Source: an uncultured Acidobacteriota bacterium
Lineage (GTDB): Bacteria; Acidobacteriota; Terriglobia; Acidiferrales; UBA7541
Assembly (NCBI GenBank): GCA_963767755.1
Contig: CAVYFO010000011.1
Span: 56,615 to 120,614, forward strand
Direction: 5' to 3'
Length of the DNA: 64,000 nt
Below are positions 54,170-64,000 of the stretch, in pieces. Within the stretch, counting starts at the first letter, position 1; each line of letters opens with the position of its first letter. The notes beneath the pieces are model-generated. The model made no database searches and was not told the DNA's origin. It saw only the letters and a list, made by a program, of their open reading frames with translations. The position numbers were made by a program, and so were the translations under genes.

Positions 54170-54517
54170 TTACAGTGAGTCGCGGAGTCCCATCGGGAAA
54201 GAACGGCTGCTCTCCGCACAGTCAAAGCGAATCCACCGATTAGGCATTTTCTGGGCCATGTATAGAATAAGCTTGCGATCTTCTTCCTCCGCTTTACTCA
54301 AGTACACCGTCTCCGCGGACTGTTGCACGGTCATAGGCCCGTTGACTTGCAGGCCTTGATTCAGCGGGTCAAGACCTTCATCCGCCAGTGGACGGACACT
54401 ACGCTTCGTGCGATATTGGTCGTTGTAGTCGGCCAGCTTGCGCGAGACCTGCTTACCGTCCACACGGTAGCGGACATGCCAAGCGCCGTTGGTCTGGTAG
54501 ATGTATCCCTTTTGCAT
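54170..54517 (-). pseudogene. Truncated tyrosine integrase (N-terminal arm-binding region)
   Basis: MQKGYIY..GAWHVRYRVDGKQVSRKL; no catalytic domain follows; adjacent to the tRNA. Confidence 0.6.
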
Positions 54518-54597
54518 GTCGAATGTCTATCGGACCAAGGGTGAATGTGCAACAGAATGTGCAACGCTGGCTTACACAAGTACAATAGAATCAATGC

Positions 54598-54687
54598 GGA
54601 GGAGTGGCAGAGTGGTTAAATGCGGCGGTCTTGAAAACCGTTAGGCTCGAAAGGGCCTCGGGGGTTCGAATCCCTCCTCCTCCGCCA
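54598..54687 (+). tRNA. tRNA-Ser(TGA)
   Basis: Acceptor GGAGGAG/CTCCTCC-G-CCA, anticodon loop CTTGAAA, long variable arm, GGTTCGAATCC. Confidence 0.96.
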
Positions 54688-54775
54688 GAATCGACCAGCG
54701 CGAAGGCCGTAAGCGCCTAACCCGCGTTCTTGAGCAGAGCGCATCGGAACGCGGACAAATGGAGTGCGTCAGAGC

Positions 54776-56494
54776 ATGAGCGACGACGTCAAAAGTTCGG
54801 TCACGACCTTACCTCCTGCCAATGTTCCCGTCGCACCGCGGGGGCCTTCAGCGAAAGAACGCGCGTGGGAAGAAAACACGCTTCGCCCCACTCTCGAAAA
54901 GAGTCCTGAGCGCCAAACCGAATTCACCACCATTTCCGGATTTCCGATCCGGCGTCTTTATACCCCCGCTGATCTCCCAGGATGGGATCCGAGCCGTGAG
55001 TTGGGTTTCCCCGGCGAGCCCCCCTACACGCGCGGGATTCATTCCACGATGCATCGTGGGCGGCTCTGGACGATGCGCCAGTTTGCGGGCTTCGGCACGG
55101 CGGAAGATACCAACCAGCGTTTTCGCTATCTACTCGCGCAGGGCCAAACCGGCCTGTCAACCGCGTTCGATCTCCCGACTTTGATGGGCTATGACTCCGA
55201 CCACCCGCTTGCCGAAGGCGAAGTCGGAAAATGCGGCGTGGCTATCAGTTCCCTTGCCGATATGGAAGTGCTTTTCGATAAGATTCCGCTCGCTGATGTC
55301 ACGACTTCGATGACCATCAATTCGCCCGCGGCGGTGATCTGGGCGATGTATTTAGCCGTAGCGGAAAAGCAGGGCGCGGACTGGAAGAAAATTTCGGGCA
55401 CGCTTCAGAACGACATCCTTAAGGAATACATCGCGCAAAAGGAGTACATCTATCCGCCGGAGCCCTCCATGCGGCTGGTGATTGACACGTTCGAATTCGG
55501 AATGAAGAACACGCCGAAATTCAACACCATTTCGATCAGCGGCTACCATATCCGCGAAGCCGGCTCGACGGCGATTCAAGAATTAGCGTTCACTTTGCGC
55601 GACGGCATGGAATATGTCGAATATGGTATGCGCCGTGGCCTGGCCGTGGATGAATTCGTTCCCCAGCTTTCTTTCTTTTTCAACGCGCACAATGACTTTT
55701 TCGAAGAAATCGCCAAGTACCGCGCGGCGCGCCGCATTTGGCACAAAGCTATGGTCGAGCGCTACGGAGCGAAGAGTCCGCGCGCATGGGCTTTGCGCTT
55801 TCACACACAGACCGCCGGCTGTTCGCTCACCGCGCAGCAGCCGTATAACAATGTGGTGCGCACGGCAATCCAGGCGCTGGCCGCCGTTCTCGGCGGAACA
55901 CAGTCTCTGCACACCAATTCATTGGACGAAGCTTGGGCGCTGCCTACCGAGTTCGCGGCCACGATTGCGCTGCGTACGCAGCAAATCATCGCGCACGAAA
56001 CCGGCGTCACAAACACAGTCGATCCCCTCGGCGGCTCGTATTTTGTCGAAACGCTCACGAACGAAGTCGAGCACGGCGCGTGGGACTACATCCACAAAAT
56101 CGACGCAATGGGCGGAATGGTCCCAGCCATTGAACGCAGCTTTCCGCAGCGTGAAATCGCGGAAGCTTCGTACCGCTACCAGGTAGCCGTGGACAAAAAA
56201 GAAAAAATTATCGTCGGCGTCAACGATTACGTCGCGCAAGAAAAGCCGCTGGACATCCTGCAGATCGACGAGACAGTCGCCCAACGCCAGGCGGAGCGCC
56301 TCTCAAAGCTGCGCGCCGACCGCTCCAAAGCCGAAGTCGATCGACGCCTCTCCGCCCTGCGCAAAGCCGCCGAAGGCAAAGACAATCTAATGCCCTTTTT
56401 GTTCGACGCCGTCAAAGCCTACGGCACCGTCGGCGAAATCTGCGACACCCTCCGCGAAGTCTTCGGCACCTACGAGGAAGTCGCCATCACCTAG
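54776..56494 (+). CDS. B12-dependent acyl-CoA mutase large subunit, isobutyryl-CoA-mutase-like
   Basis: [46 protein letters not shown]. Confidence 0.9.
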   Translation: MSDDVKSSVTTLPPANVPVAPRGPSAKERAWEENTLRPTLEKSPERQTEFTTISGFPIRRLYTPADLPGWDPSRELGFPGEPPYTRGIHSTMHRGRLWTMRQFAGFGTAEDTNQRFRYLLAQGQTGLSTAFDLPTLMGYDSDHPLAEGEVGKCGVAISSLADMEVLFDKIPLADVTTSMTINSPAAVIWAMYLAVAEKQGADWKKISGTLQNDILKEYIAQKEYIYPPEPSMRLVIDTFEFGMKNTPKFNTISISGYHIREAGSTAIQELAFTLRDGMEYVEYGMRRGLAVDEFVPQLSFFFNAHNDFFEEIAKYRAARRIWHKAMVERYGAKSPRAWALRFHTQTAGCSLTAQQPYNNVVRTAIQALAAVLGGTQSLHTNSLDEAWALPTEFAATIALRTQQIIAHETGVTNTVDPLGGSYFVETLTNEVEHGAWDYIHKIDAMGGMVPAIERSFPQREIAEASYRYQVAVDKKEKIIVGVNDYVAQEKPLDILQIDETVAQRQAERLSKLRADRSKAEVDRRLSALRKAAEGKDNLMPFLFDAVKAYGTVGEICDTLREVFGTYEEVAIT

Positions 56495-56499
56495 CTCTT

Positions 56500-56533
56500 C
56501 TCTTCTCCGTGACCTCTGTGTACTCTGTGTTAA
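56500..56533 (-). repeat. Left 34-bp inverted repeat flanking the GxxExxY gene
   Basis: Reverse complement reads TTAACACAGAGTACACAGAGGTCACGGAGAAGAG. Confidence 0.85.
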
Positions 56534-56544
56534 AATAAACCTTA

Positions 56545-56994
56545 ATGAATAACGACGAATTGACCCGGAGCATCATCGGCGCCGCAATCGAAGTCCATAA
56601 ACTTTTAGGTCCCGGCCCCCTTGAATCGGCCTACGAAGATTGTCTTTGCCATGAATTTGCTCTCCGCAAAATCCGCTTCGAAAAACAAAAACCAGTCCCG
56701 CTAGTTTACAAAGGAACAAAGCTCGAATGCGGTTTCCGGCTGGACTTGCTAGTGGAAGGGCGAGTAGTCGTTGAACTCAAATCAGTAGATGCACTCGGCC
56801 CCATTCACGAAGCCATCGTTCTGACGTGCCTGCGACTTTCCGGACATGAACTAGGATTGCTGATCAATTTCAATGTTCCCGTCTTGAAGGACGGCGTCCG
56901 CAGATTCATCATGCCTCGCGATGGTGGTAATGTGTCTCTTAACACAGAGTTCACAGAGAGCACAGAGAAGAGGGCCGAGAGACGCGATGCCTGA
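56545..56994 (+). CDS. GxxExxY protein (PD-(D/E)XK nuclease-like)
   Basis: [41 protein letters not shown]. Confidence 0.92.
   Translation: MNNDELTRSIIGAAIEVHKLLGPGPLESAYEDCLCHEFALRKIRFEKQKPVPLVYKGTKLECGFRLDLLVEGRVVVELKSVDALGPIHEAIVLTCLRLSGHELGLLINFNVPVLKDGVRRFIMPRDGGNVSLNTEFTESTEKRAERRDA
56939..56972 (+). repeat. Right 34-bp inverted repeat flanking the GxxExxY gene
   Basis: TTAACACAGAGTTCACAGAGAGCACAGAGAAGAG; 30/34 identical to the left copy. Confidence 0.85.
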
Positions 56995-57385
56995 AAAGAA
57001 AATACGAGTGCTGATTGCCAAACCCGGCTTGGATGGCCACGACCGCGGCGCCAAAATTATCGCCCGCGCCCTGCGCGACGCGGGGATGGAAGTGATCTAT
57101 ACCGGTTTACGCCAGACGCCCGAGATGATCGCCTCCGCCGCCGTCCAGGAAGACGTCGACGTCATCGGCCTCTCGATCTTGTCTGGCGCGCACAACACCA
57201 TCTGCCCGCAGCTCATGCACCTGCTTCGCGAAAAAGGCATGACCGACGTAACCGTGCTCGTCGGCGGCATCATTCCGGAAGCGGACATCCCCGCCATGAA
57301 AGCCTCCGGCATCGCCGAAATCTTCTTGCCTGGGACCTCGACGCAAGACATCGTCGAATTCATCCACAAGCGTGTGGGGAGATAA
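56987..57385 (+). CDS. Cobalamin-binding small subunit of the acyl-CoA mutase
   Basis: [12 protein letters not shown] (DxHxxG), [15 protein letters not shown]. Confidence 0.95.
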   Translation: MPEKKIRVLIAKPGLDGHDRGAKIIARALRDAGMEVIYTGLRQTPEMIASAAVQEDVDVIGLSILSGAHNTICPQLMHLLREKGMTDVTVLVGGIIPEADIPAMKASGIAEIFLPGTSTQDIVEFIHKRVGR

Positions 57386-57407
57386 AACCGCAAGCCGGCG
57401 AGGTCCT

Positions 57408-58226
57408 TCACGCGAAAGCTTTTTCGAACTTTACGCGCGTGTACAGCACGCGGAACCCTTGCCGCGCGATATTGCGCTGCGAAATGCTGCCCGGCTGCGC
57501 GATGCTGACCGCGAGATCGCTCCCCGCCTGAGAGGCTCGCGCGAGCCGTCTTTGCAACAGCGCCGTTTGCACGCCGCGTTTCCGTGCTACGGGCAGCGTG
57601 CTGGCGCCAAACAATCCCGCAACGCCGTCGTGCAACGCGAGCGTTCCGCCCCCCGCGATCTTCCCGTCAACCCGCGCCAAATAACACTCCGTCTTCGGCC
57701 CGAAGGCAAACAGTTTCATCACTTCGAGGAGTTCCTGCGAAACCGGGAATTTTTCCGCGAATCCCTGCGAGACCGTCAGCGTCCATACATCGATCTGGTC
57801 TTTCCCCACCTTCTCGATCGTGATTCCCTCGGGCGGCTCTGGGCACTTCTCGTCGGGACTCACCTGCCGGGCCATGACATTCGAAAATTCCGTCACGTGA
57901 TATCCGCGCTGGCCGAATTGCTCGATGAAGGACGCGTCCGCCAACGGAGACGTTTCGACGCGCGCAGGTTCTCCGCGCCCACGGTAAAACTCTTCCAGCA
58001 AGTCGAACTCCTCCTTACTCACTGGCCCGTCGAGTCCCATCCCCACAGCTTGTGTTATGGGCGAACCCTTGCCGCAATAAACGGCAAATCCGCCTGCGAG
58101 GCGCCTCACCGCGGCTTCACTTCCCGGCCGGAACCGCCCGAGAGCTTCCGCGCATTCGACCGCCGCTTTCGCTTCGGCAAGTTCCACTCGTCGAGCCAAT
58201 TCCAAGTTCAGCAACAAGTCCGGCAT
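57408..58226 (-). CDS. GNAT-family N-acetyltransferase
   Basis: GASTLPVARKRGVQTALL motif A; SQRN..RQGF. Confidence 0.85.
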   Translation of the reverse strand: MPDLLLNLELARRVELAEAKAAVECAEALGRFRPGSEAAVRRLAGGFAVYCGKGSPITQAVGMGLDGPVSKEEFDLLEEFYRGRGEPARVETSPLADASFIEQFGQRGYHVTEFSNVMARQVSPDEKCPEPPEGITIEKVGKDQIDVWTLTVSQGFAEKFPVSQELLEVMKLFAFGPKTECYLARVDGKIAGGGTLALHDGVAGLFGASTLPVARKRGVQTALLQRRLARASQAGSDLAVSIAQPGSISQRNIARQGFRVLYTRVKFEKAFA

Positions 58227-58234
58227 GTTTGTTT

Positions 58235-59314
58235 TTATTCTTTACCTTTGTCCCGATTTTGATACTTATCCTTCACTTGACGCATTATAACTTTAACACG
58301 TTTCTTTTCCGCGTGGCGAGCTTCGGGGCTAATTTTTCGCTGGAGGAAATCGCGTTCGCGCTGGAGTTTGCGCCAGCTTTCCAATCGCCCCGTGTCAATT
58401 ATGCCTGAGGCTAGCGCCGCTTGCACGGCGCAGCCCGGTTCATTCTCGTGGCGGCAATCCCCAAATCTGCATTGCGCGGCAAGTTCGTCGATGTCCGCGA
58501 AAGTTTGCGGCAAACCATCGGCAGCATTCCATAATTGAAGTTCGCGCAACCCTGGCGTATCGATGATCATCACGCCACTCGGAAGCATAAACAGCTGCCG
58601 CGATGTCGTCGTGTGACGCCCGCGGCTGTCGCTTTCACGCACCGCGTGCGTTGCCTGCCGTTCCTCTTGCAGCAAGCGATTCACCAAAGTGGACTTCCCC
58701 ACTCCAGACGATCCGAGAAGCACAATCGTTTGCCCTTTCTTGAAGTTCGCCTCCAGAGCCTCCAGGCCTTCCCCGGTCTTTGCGCTGACCAGAAAAACCG
58801 GAACGCCCATGGCGATTCGGTCCATCTCCCCGACGCTCTGCCGAAAATCCGCGCACGCATCAGCCTTGTTCAAGACAATCGCCGGACGCGCTCCGGATTC
58901 CCAGCACTGCGCCAAATATCGCTCGATGCGGCGCACATGGAAATCGCCGTCCAATCCGGCCACGATCACGGCGGTGTCAATGTTCGCCGCGATCACTTGT
59001 TCGGCGACCTGTTTGCCCGCAACTTTGCGAACAAATCGGCTGCGTCGCGGCAAAACCCATTGAACCTCTGCCTTCGTTTGCCCGGCGCGAATTTCTGCCC
59101 CGACCCAATCGCCGACAGCCGGCCAATCCTCGCCTTCCTCGGATGCTCTGCGGAGTTTCCCGGAAGCCTCTGCCCAACATTCTTCGAAGTCCCCAGCCAC
59201 GCGCCACAAACCGCGTTGCTGCGAAACAACACGCGCCGGATTGCAGTTCTCAGTCTCCGCCGAATTCCAGAGCGCCTCAAAATACGCGTCCCAACCTAAA
59301 TCCTCGATGAACAC
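58235..59314 (-). CDS. rsgA: Ribosome small-subunit-dependent GTPase A
   Basis: PAVGDWV, LNKAD, GSSGVGKST, GRHTT, DTPG, CRFGDCRHENEPGC; GTG at 59314 after GGGAGG. Confidence 0.93.
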   Translation of the reverse strand: MFIEDLGWDAYFEALWNSAETENCNPARVVSQQRGLWRVAGDFEECWAEASGKLRRASEEGEDWPAVGDWVGAEIRAGQTKAEVQWVLPRRSRFVRKVAGKQVAEQVIAANIDTAVIVAGLDGDFHVRRIERYLAQCWESGARPAIVLNKADACADFRQSVGEMDRIAMGVPVFLVSAKTGEGLEALEANFKKGQTIVLLGSSGVGKSTLVNRLLQEERQATHAVRESDSRGRHTTTSRQLFMLPSGVMIIDTPGLRELQLWNAADGLPQTFADIDELAAQCRFGDCRHENEPGCAVQAALASGIIDTGRLESWRKLQRERDFLQRKISPEARHAEKKRVKVIMRQVKDKYQNRDKGKE

Positions 59315-59486
59315 CGGAAATTCCTCCCGCTGCCCGAAGGCAGCTTTAGACGCCCAGTTCGCGCAAGATTCGCCCGCGCGACGCGGCTTTGCGTTCTCGA
59401 GCGGCCCTCTAGACCATTCAAGAAAGCAGTCATTCAGTTTAGGGAGAACAAGTGAGCGGGAAGGTCTCGCGGAGAAATCGTTGCGC

Positions 59487-59546
59487 CTAGAACGTGTCTT
59501 CGCCGGAGACACACCCGCCCTGAACAATTTCGACTGAGGTAGTCAC
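59487..59546 (-). promoter_or_regulatory. Putative 19-aa leader peptide upstream of rsgA
   Basis: GGGAGG-N7-GTG, MTTSVEIVQGGCVSGEDTF*. Confidence 0.5.
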
Positions 59547-59736
59547 AGGCGCGCCTCCCACGAAGAATTCAGTGCCTTGCGGCACTCTTGAAACGGATTG
59601 TAACGATTGGGCTTGATATCGTCAAGACACGCGTCGCGCAGCGTACTCGCGGAATTCTTCGGCGGACCTTATACTGTTTGTCTCGGCGCGACGGAGCTGC
59701 GGCGCGCCCGCGTCAATTCCTGGTTGAGGTCCGCGA

Positions 59737-61413
59737 GTGGCTGCGTCCGTTTTGAAAACTAATGTGAACTCGAAGTCGCCCAACTTCGAAAAAAACCACC
59801 GTTTATTTATCGATCTCCTCACTGAAATCAAGAACGAAGAAGAGCAAATTCGCCAGGGCGGCGGCGCGAAAGCCATCGAATCCCAGCACAAGAAAGGCCG
59901 TCTGACGGCACGCGAACGCATCGCCAAGCTGATCGATCCGGGCACGCAGCTTTTCGAGCTGGGTATCTACGCCGCTTATGAAATGTACAAGGAATGGGGC
60001 GGCGCGCCCTCTGCCGGAACCGTCACCGGCCTCGCTAAAGTTTGCGGCCGGACGTTCATGCTCATTGCCAACGACGCGACCGTCAAGGCCGGCGCTTTTT
60101 TCCCCATGACCGCGAAAAAAGTTATCCGCGCGCAAAATATCGCCATCGAAAATCATATTCCCACGATTTACCTGGTCGATTCCGCCGGCGTTTTCTTGCC
60201 ACTGCAGGAGGATGTTTTTCCTGACACGGACGACTTCGGCCGCGTTTTTCGCAACAATGCGGTCATGAGCGCGATGGGTATTGCTCAGCTCGCCGCCATC
60301 ATGGGCATGTGCGTGGCCGGCGGCGCGTATCTGCCCCTGATGTGCGACCACATTTTAATGACCGAAGGCTCCGGATTATTCCTTGCCGGTCCCGCGCTGG
60401 TGCAGGCGGCGATTGGCCAAGTCACTTCCGCGGAAGATTTGGGTGGCGCAAAAATGCACTCGCAAATCAGTGGCACGGTGGATTTTCGCGAGCCCGACGA
60501 CGACGCATGCGTCGCGCGGATTCGCGCGCTCGTAGACAAAATGGGCGCAGCGAATCCTTCTCCTTTCAGCCACGTTGCGTCCCGCGAACCGCTGTATCCG
60601 GGCGAAGAAATCTACGGCATCTTCTCAAGCGATCCCGCCAAGCAATACGACATGCGCGAAATCATTGCGCGCATCGTGGACGCCAGCGAATTTGAAGAAT
60701 ACCGCTCCGAATATGGCGAAACGGTCCTTTGCGGTTACGCCCGCATCGGCGGCTGGGCGGTTGGCCTCGTGGCCAATCAGAAAAAACACGTGCAAACTCA
60801 CGCGCGCGGCTCCGACCAGAAGCGCATCGAATTTGGTGGCGTGATTTACACGGAATCTGCCGAAAAGGCCGCGCGCTTCATCCTCGACTGCAACCAGAAC
60901 CGCATCCCGCTGATTTTTCTGCATGATGTAAACGGCTTCATGGTCGGCAAAGACGCCGAGTGGAACGGCATCATCCGCGCCGGCGCAAAAATGGTGAATG
61001 CGGTGGCTAACAGCGTCGTGCCAAAAATCACCGTGATTTGCGGCGGCAGCTTCGGCGCTGGCAACTACGCCATGTGCGGCAAAGCCTACGACCCGCGCTT
61101 CATGTTCGCCTGGCCCACCGCAAAATTCGCGGTGATGAGCGGCGACGCCGCAGCCAACACACTCGCCGAAATAAAGCTCAAGCAACTCGAACGCGAAGGA
61201 AAAAAAGTCGACGAAAAAGCACGCAAGGAAATGCTCGAATCCGTCAAAGCCACCTACGAGCAGCAAACCGACCCGCGCTACGCCGCGGCCCGCCTCTGGG
61301 TCGACGCCATCATCGACCCCGCCCACACCCGCGACGCGCTAATCAGCGCATTAGAAGCCGCCGCCCTCAATCCCGATATCCGCGAATTTAAAACTGGAGT
61401 CTTGCAAACTTGA
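59737..61413 (+). CDS. Acyl-CoA carboxylase carboxyltransferase subunit (methylcrotonyl-CoA carboxylase beta-like)
   Basis: ANDATVKAG, CVAGGAY, GSFGAGNYAMCG, YAAARLWVD. Confidence 0.9.
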   Translation: MAASVLKTNVNSKSPNFEKNHRLFIDLLTEIKNEEEQIRQGGGAKAIESQHKKGRLTARERIAKLIDPGTQLFELGIYAAYEMYKEWGGAPSAGTVTGLAKVCGRTFMLIANDATVKAGAFFPMTAKKVIRAQNIAIENHIPTIYLVDSAGVFLPLQEDVFPDTDDFGRVFRNNAVMSAMGIAQLAAIMGMCVAGGAYLPLMCDHILMTEGSGLFLAGPALVQAAIGQVTSAEDLGGAKMHSQISGTVDFREPDDDACVARIRALVDKMGAANPSPFSHVASREPLYPGEEIYGIFSSDPAKQYDMREIIARIVDASEFEEYRSEYGETVLCGYARIGGWAVGLVANQKKHVQTHARGSDQKRIEFGGVIYTESAEKAARFILDCNQNRIPLIFLHDVNGFMVGKDAEWNGIIRAGAKMVNAVANSVVPKITVICGGSFGAGNYAMCGKAYDPRFMFAWPTAKFAVMSGDAAANTLAEIKLKQLEREGKKVDEKARKEMLESVKATYEQQTDPRYAAARLWVDAIIDPAHTRDALISALEAAALNPDIREFKTGVLQT

Positions 61414-61727
61414 AGCGCACATCCAAATGGCTGATTGCTGATTTACTATCGCCAATCCTTCTCGCTGATTTGGTATTTCGTTGGCGGAAAAGAAGAGATT
61501 CAATGGCAACTACGTCACGCGCCGTCAGGCAGCCGCTGCCGGTTGGACCTGTCACTGATAGATCGCTACCCGCACTATAGCGTTCTCTATTACCTCTCCG
61601 AGCTTGGGCTTTTGCCCTACTCGATTGTATCGCCATCTTTGGTTACTAAAAGAACCGGAACTCACGGTTCTTGGAATCCAAGGAATCGGAAAAAGATAAA
61701 TGTTACTCTGAATCCATGGAAACGTAA

Positions 61728-62606
61728 TTGATCGAATGCCCACGGGACGCTTGGCAAGGATTGCCGGAGTTTATTCCGACAGAGTACAAGGCCGAATACC
61801 TGAAGCAACTCATCCTTGCCGGCTTCAAGCACATCGACGCAGTGAGCTTCGTTTCGCCTAAGCACGTGAAACAGATGGCCGACAGTGAAGATGTCATCGC
61901 GAAACTCAACGCTTCCCTTCCCGGTGACGTTGAGCGCCCGGAAATTATCGGCATCGTCGTGAACGAAAAAGGTTTGGAGCGCGCGCTCGCGACTCCCGGC
62001 GTCACGACCATCGGCTACCCCTACTCCATCTCGGCATATTTTCGCCGCGCCAACGCCAACATGACGCGGGACGAATCTCGCCTGCTCGTCGAAAAACTCC
62101 GCAAAGAAACTCTCGCCGCCAAAAAAGATCTCGTCGTCTACATCTCGATGGCCTTCGGCAATCCCTACGACGAACCGTGGGGACCGGAAATCGTCACCGA
62201 CGCGCTCGAATGGCTTAAAGGCATCCGCGTGCGCACCGTTTCGCTCGCCGATACGGTCGGCACCGCCTCGCCAGAACTTGTCGGCGATCTCTATCGCCAG
62301 GTGAAAGACGATGTCGCAGGCTTCGAGCTCGGCGTCCATCTCCACAGCCGTCCGGAAACCGCCGAAGCAAAAATTCTCGCCGCCTACGAAGCCGGATGCC
62401 GCCGTTTCGACAGCGCCCTCACCGGCCTCGGCGGCTGTCCATTCGCTGGAGACAATCTCATAGGCAACATCGCCACGGAAGACGTTCTGGCCGCGCTAAA
62501 AAAAGCCGGCGCCGATCCGGACATCGACTCCGCGAAACTCCGCACCGTTCTCAACATGACCAATGAGATTCGCGCAAAGTACGCACACGCGCCGCTTGTG
62601 AATTAG
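61728..62606 (+). CDS. Hydroxymethylglutaryl-CoA lyase
   Basis: ECPRDAWQG, SFVSPK, LADTVG, HLH, GLGGCPFA..GNIATE. Confidence 0.92.
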   Translation: MIECPRDAWQGLPEFIPTEYKAEYLKQLILAGFKHIDAVSFVSPKHVKQMADSEDVIAKLNASLPGDVERPEIIGIVVNEKGLERALATPGVTTIGYPYSISAYFRRANANMTRDESRLLVEKLRKETLAAKKDLVVYISMAFGNPYDEPWGPEIVTDALEWLKGIRVRTVSLADTVGTASPELVGDLYRQVKDDVAGFELGVHLHSRPETAEAKILAAYEAGCRRFDSALTGLGGCPFAGDNLIGNIATEDVLAALKKAGADPDIDSAKLRTVLNMTNEIRAKYAHAPLVN

Positions 62607-62758
62607 AATCCCTCAAGAGGTTGAGCAAGGAACGAAGGAGGGGCATACTCCTAGCAGACAATGCTATATCGACGGCCGGGAACGTCCATGAAATCCGTGA
62701 ACAACACTGAATCCAGGAATTTTCTCCGGCGCTTTCAGAAGTCAGGAGTTTCGCACAC

Positions 62759-63544
62759 ATGTTTGAAACACTAACTTTGGAATCTTCCGGCCAACTGGCC
62801 ACGCTCACATTCAACCGTCCCGAAAAACGCAACGCCATTTCCGAGCGCATGGTCAGCGAAATTCAGTCCGCCCTCGACACCATCGAGACCAGCCACGCGC
62901 GAGTAGCCATCATCACCGGCGCCGGCAAATCGTTTTGCGCGGGGATGGATCTCGAAACGCTCGCCATCATCGCCAACCAGTCCTCCGCCGAGAACATGGA
63001 GAATTCGCGGCGCATGGCGAAAATGTTCCGCCGCATCTGGAGTTTCTCAAAGCCGCTGATAGCCGCCGTAAATGGCGCCGCGCTGGCAGGCGGCTGCGGA
63101 ATCGCTACGCTCTGCGACTTCACCATCGCGGTCCCCGAAGCGAAATTCGGCTACACCGAAGTGAAAATTGGCTTTCTACCCGCAATCGTTTCCGTTTTTC
63201 TGACGCGCCAAATCGGCGACAAACACGCCCGCGACCTCCTTCTCACCGGCCGCCTCATCGACGCCGTCGAAGCAAAAGCCCTCGGCCTCATCACGGAAAT
63301 TGTCCCGCGCGATCATTTGATGAAACGCGCGCAGGAATTAGCTGAAGTTCTGATCTCTGCCAGCCCCGTGAGCTTGTCCCGCGCAAAACGATTGTTGACC
63401 TCCGCTGCCGCCGCCAGCGTTGACGCCGATCTCGAGCGCGCTATTCTGGAAAACGCCCGCATCCGCTGCACCGCGGATTTCAAAGAGGGCTTGGCTTCGT
63501 TTCTTGAAAAACGCAAACCCGTTTGGAGCACGGACGTGGAATAA
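62759..63544 (+). CDS. Enoyl-CoA hydratase family protein (methylglutaconyl-CoA hydratase-like)
   Basis: NRPEKRNA, FCAGMDL, ALAGGCG, YTEVKIG; adjacent to HMG-CoA lyase. Confidence 0.88.
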   Translation: MFETLTLESSGQLATLTFNRPEKRNAISERMVSEIQSALDTIETSHARVAIITGAGKSFCAGMDLETLAIIANQSSAENMENSRRMAKMFRRIWSFSKPLIAAVNGAALAGGCGIATLCDFTIAVPEAKFGYTEVKIGFLPAIVSVFLTRQIGDKHARDLLLTGRLIDAVEAKALGLITEIVPRDHLMKRAQELAEVLISASPVSLSRAKRLLTSAAAASVDADLERAILENARIRCTADFKEGLASFLEKRKPVWSTDVE

Positions 63545-63591
63545 TCCTTTATTCCGTCTGCTCCGGCTCACAGGATTCACAGGACATGAGA

Positions 63592-64000
63592 ATGATCGAA
63601 TACCACGACGCGACAGTACGGGTGCGCTACGCCGAAACCGACCAATTGGGCGTCGTCTACCACGCAAATTATTTCGTCTGGTTCGAGGTCGGCCGCGTCG
63701 AGCTGATCCGCGCCCTCGGCATCGAATACAAGCGCATGGAAAAAGAAGACGATTGCCACATCGTCGTTGCGGATGCCCATTGCCGATATCTCTCCTCGGC
63801 AAAGTACGATGAAGTGCTTGCGAGTCCGCACGCGCATCGCGGAATCCCGCAACCGCACCGTAAAATTTTCCTACGAGGTGATTCGCGATGCGGATCGCAA
63901 ACTGCTCGCAACGGGCGAAACGACGCACATCATCTGTGGAAGCAATGGCCGGCCGAAAATGCTGCCGCCAAAATATCAAAGCGCATTCAAAACCGTCGTG
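63592..64000 (+). CDS. YbgC/4HBT-family acyl-CoA thioesterase (apparent frameshift near 63820; runs off the right edge)
   Basis: MIEYHDATVRVRYAETDQLGVVYHANYFVWFEVGR. Confidence 0.85.
   Translation, partial: MIEYHDATVRVRYAETDQLGVVYHANYFVWFEVGRVELIRALGIEYKRMEKEDDCHIVVADAHCRYLSSAKYDEVLASPHAHRGIPQPHRKIFLRGDSRCGSQTARNGRNDAHHLWKQWPAENAAAKISKRIQNRR

Overview
GC-rich bacterial chromosomal segment whose gene content suggests Acidobacteriota (Oar-like TonB-dependent receptors, CRTAC1/ASPIC-UnbV protein, multiheme-TPR protein, DUF5666). Housekeeping and metabolic genes include fpr-pntAA-pntAB-pntB, leuCD, a short leuA-like gene, truA, pyrE, two tandem tolC paralogs, an isobutyryl-CoA-mutase-like pair and a leucine/isovalerate catabolic cluster. 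Mobile DNA is abundant: (i) a three-layer nest at 14.1-20.4 kb (an IS1595 element interrupted by an IS21 element, with an IS4 element inside its terminal repeat, all sitting in a ~39-bp repeat array); (ii) a class IIC group II intron just behind a terminator; (iii) a decayed 4.8-kb island in tRNA-Ser(TGA) that appears to replace the 5' half and promoter of the tRNA; (iv) a GxxExxY nuclease-family gene framed by 34-bp inverted repeats inside the mutase operon; (v) three toxin-antitoxin-like pairs. Many single-base frameshifts between about 10 and 26 kb look like long-read consensus errors, so pseudogene calls there are uncertain. All coordinates and match counts were read by eye and no database search was run.
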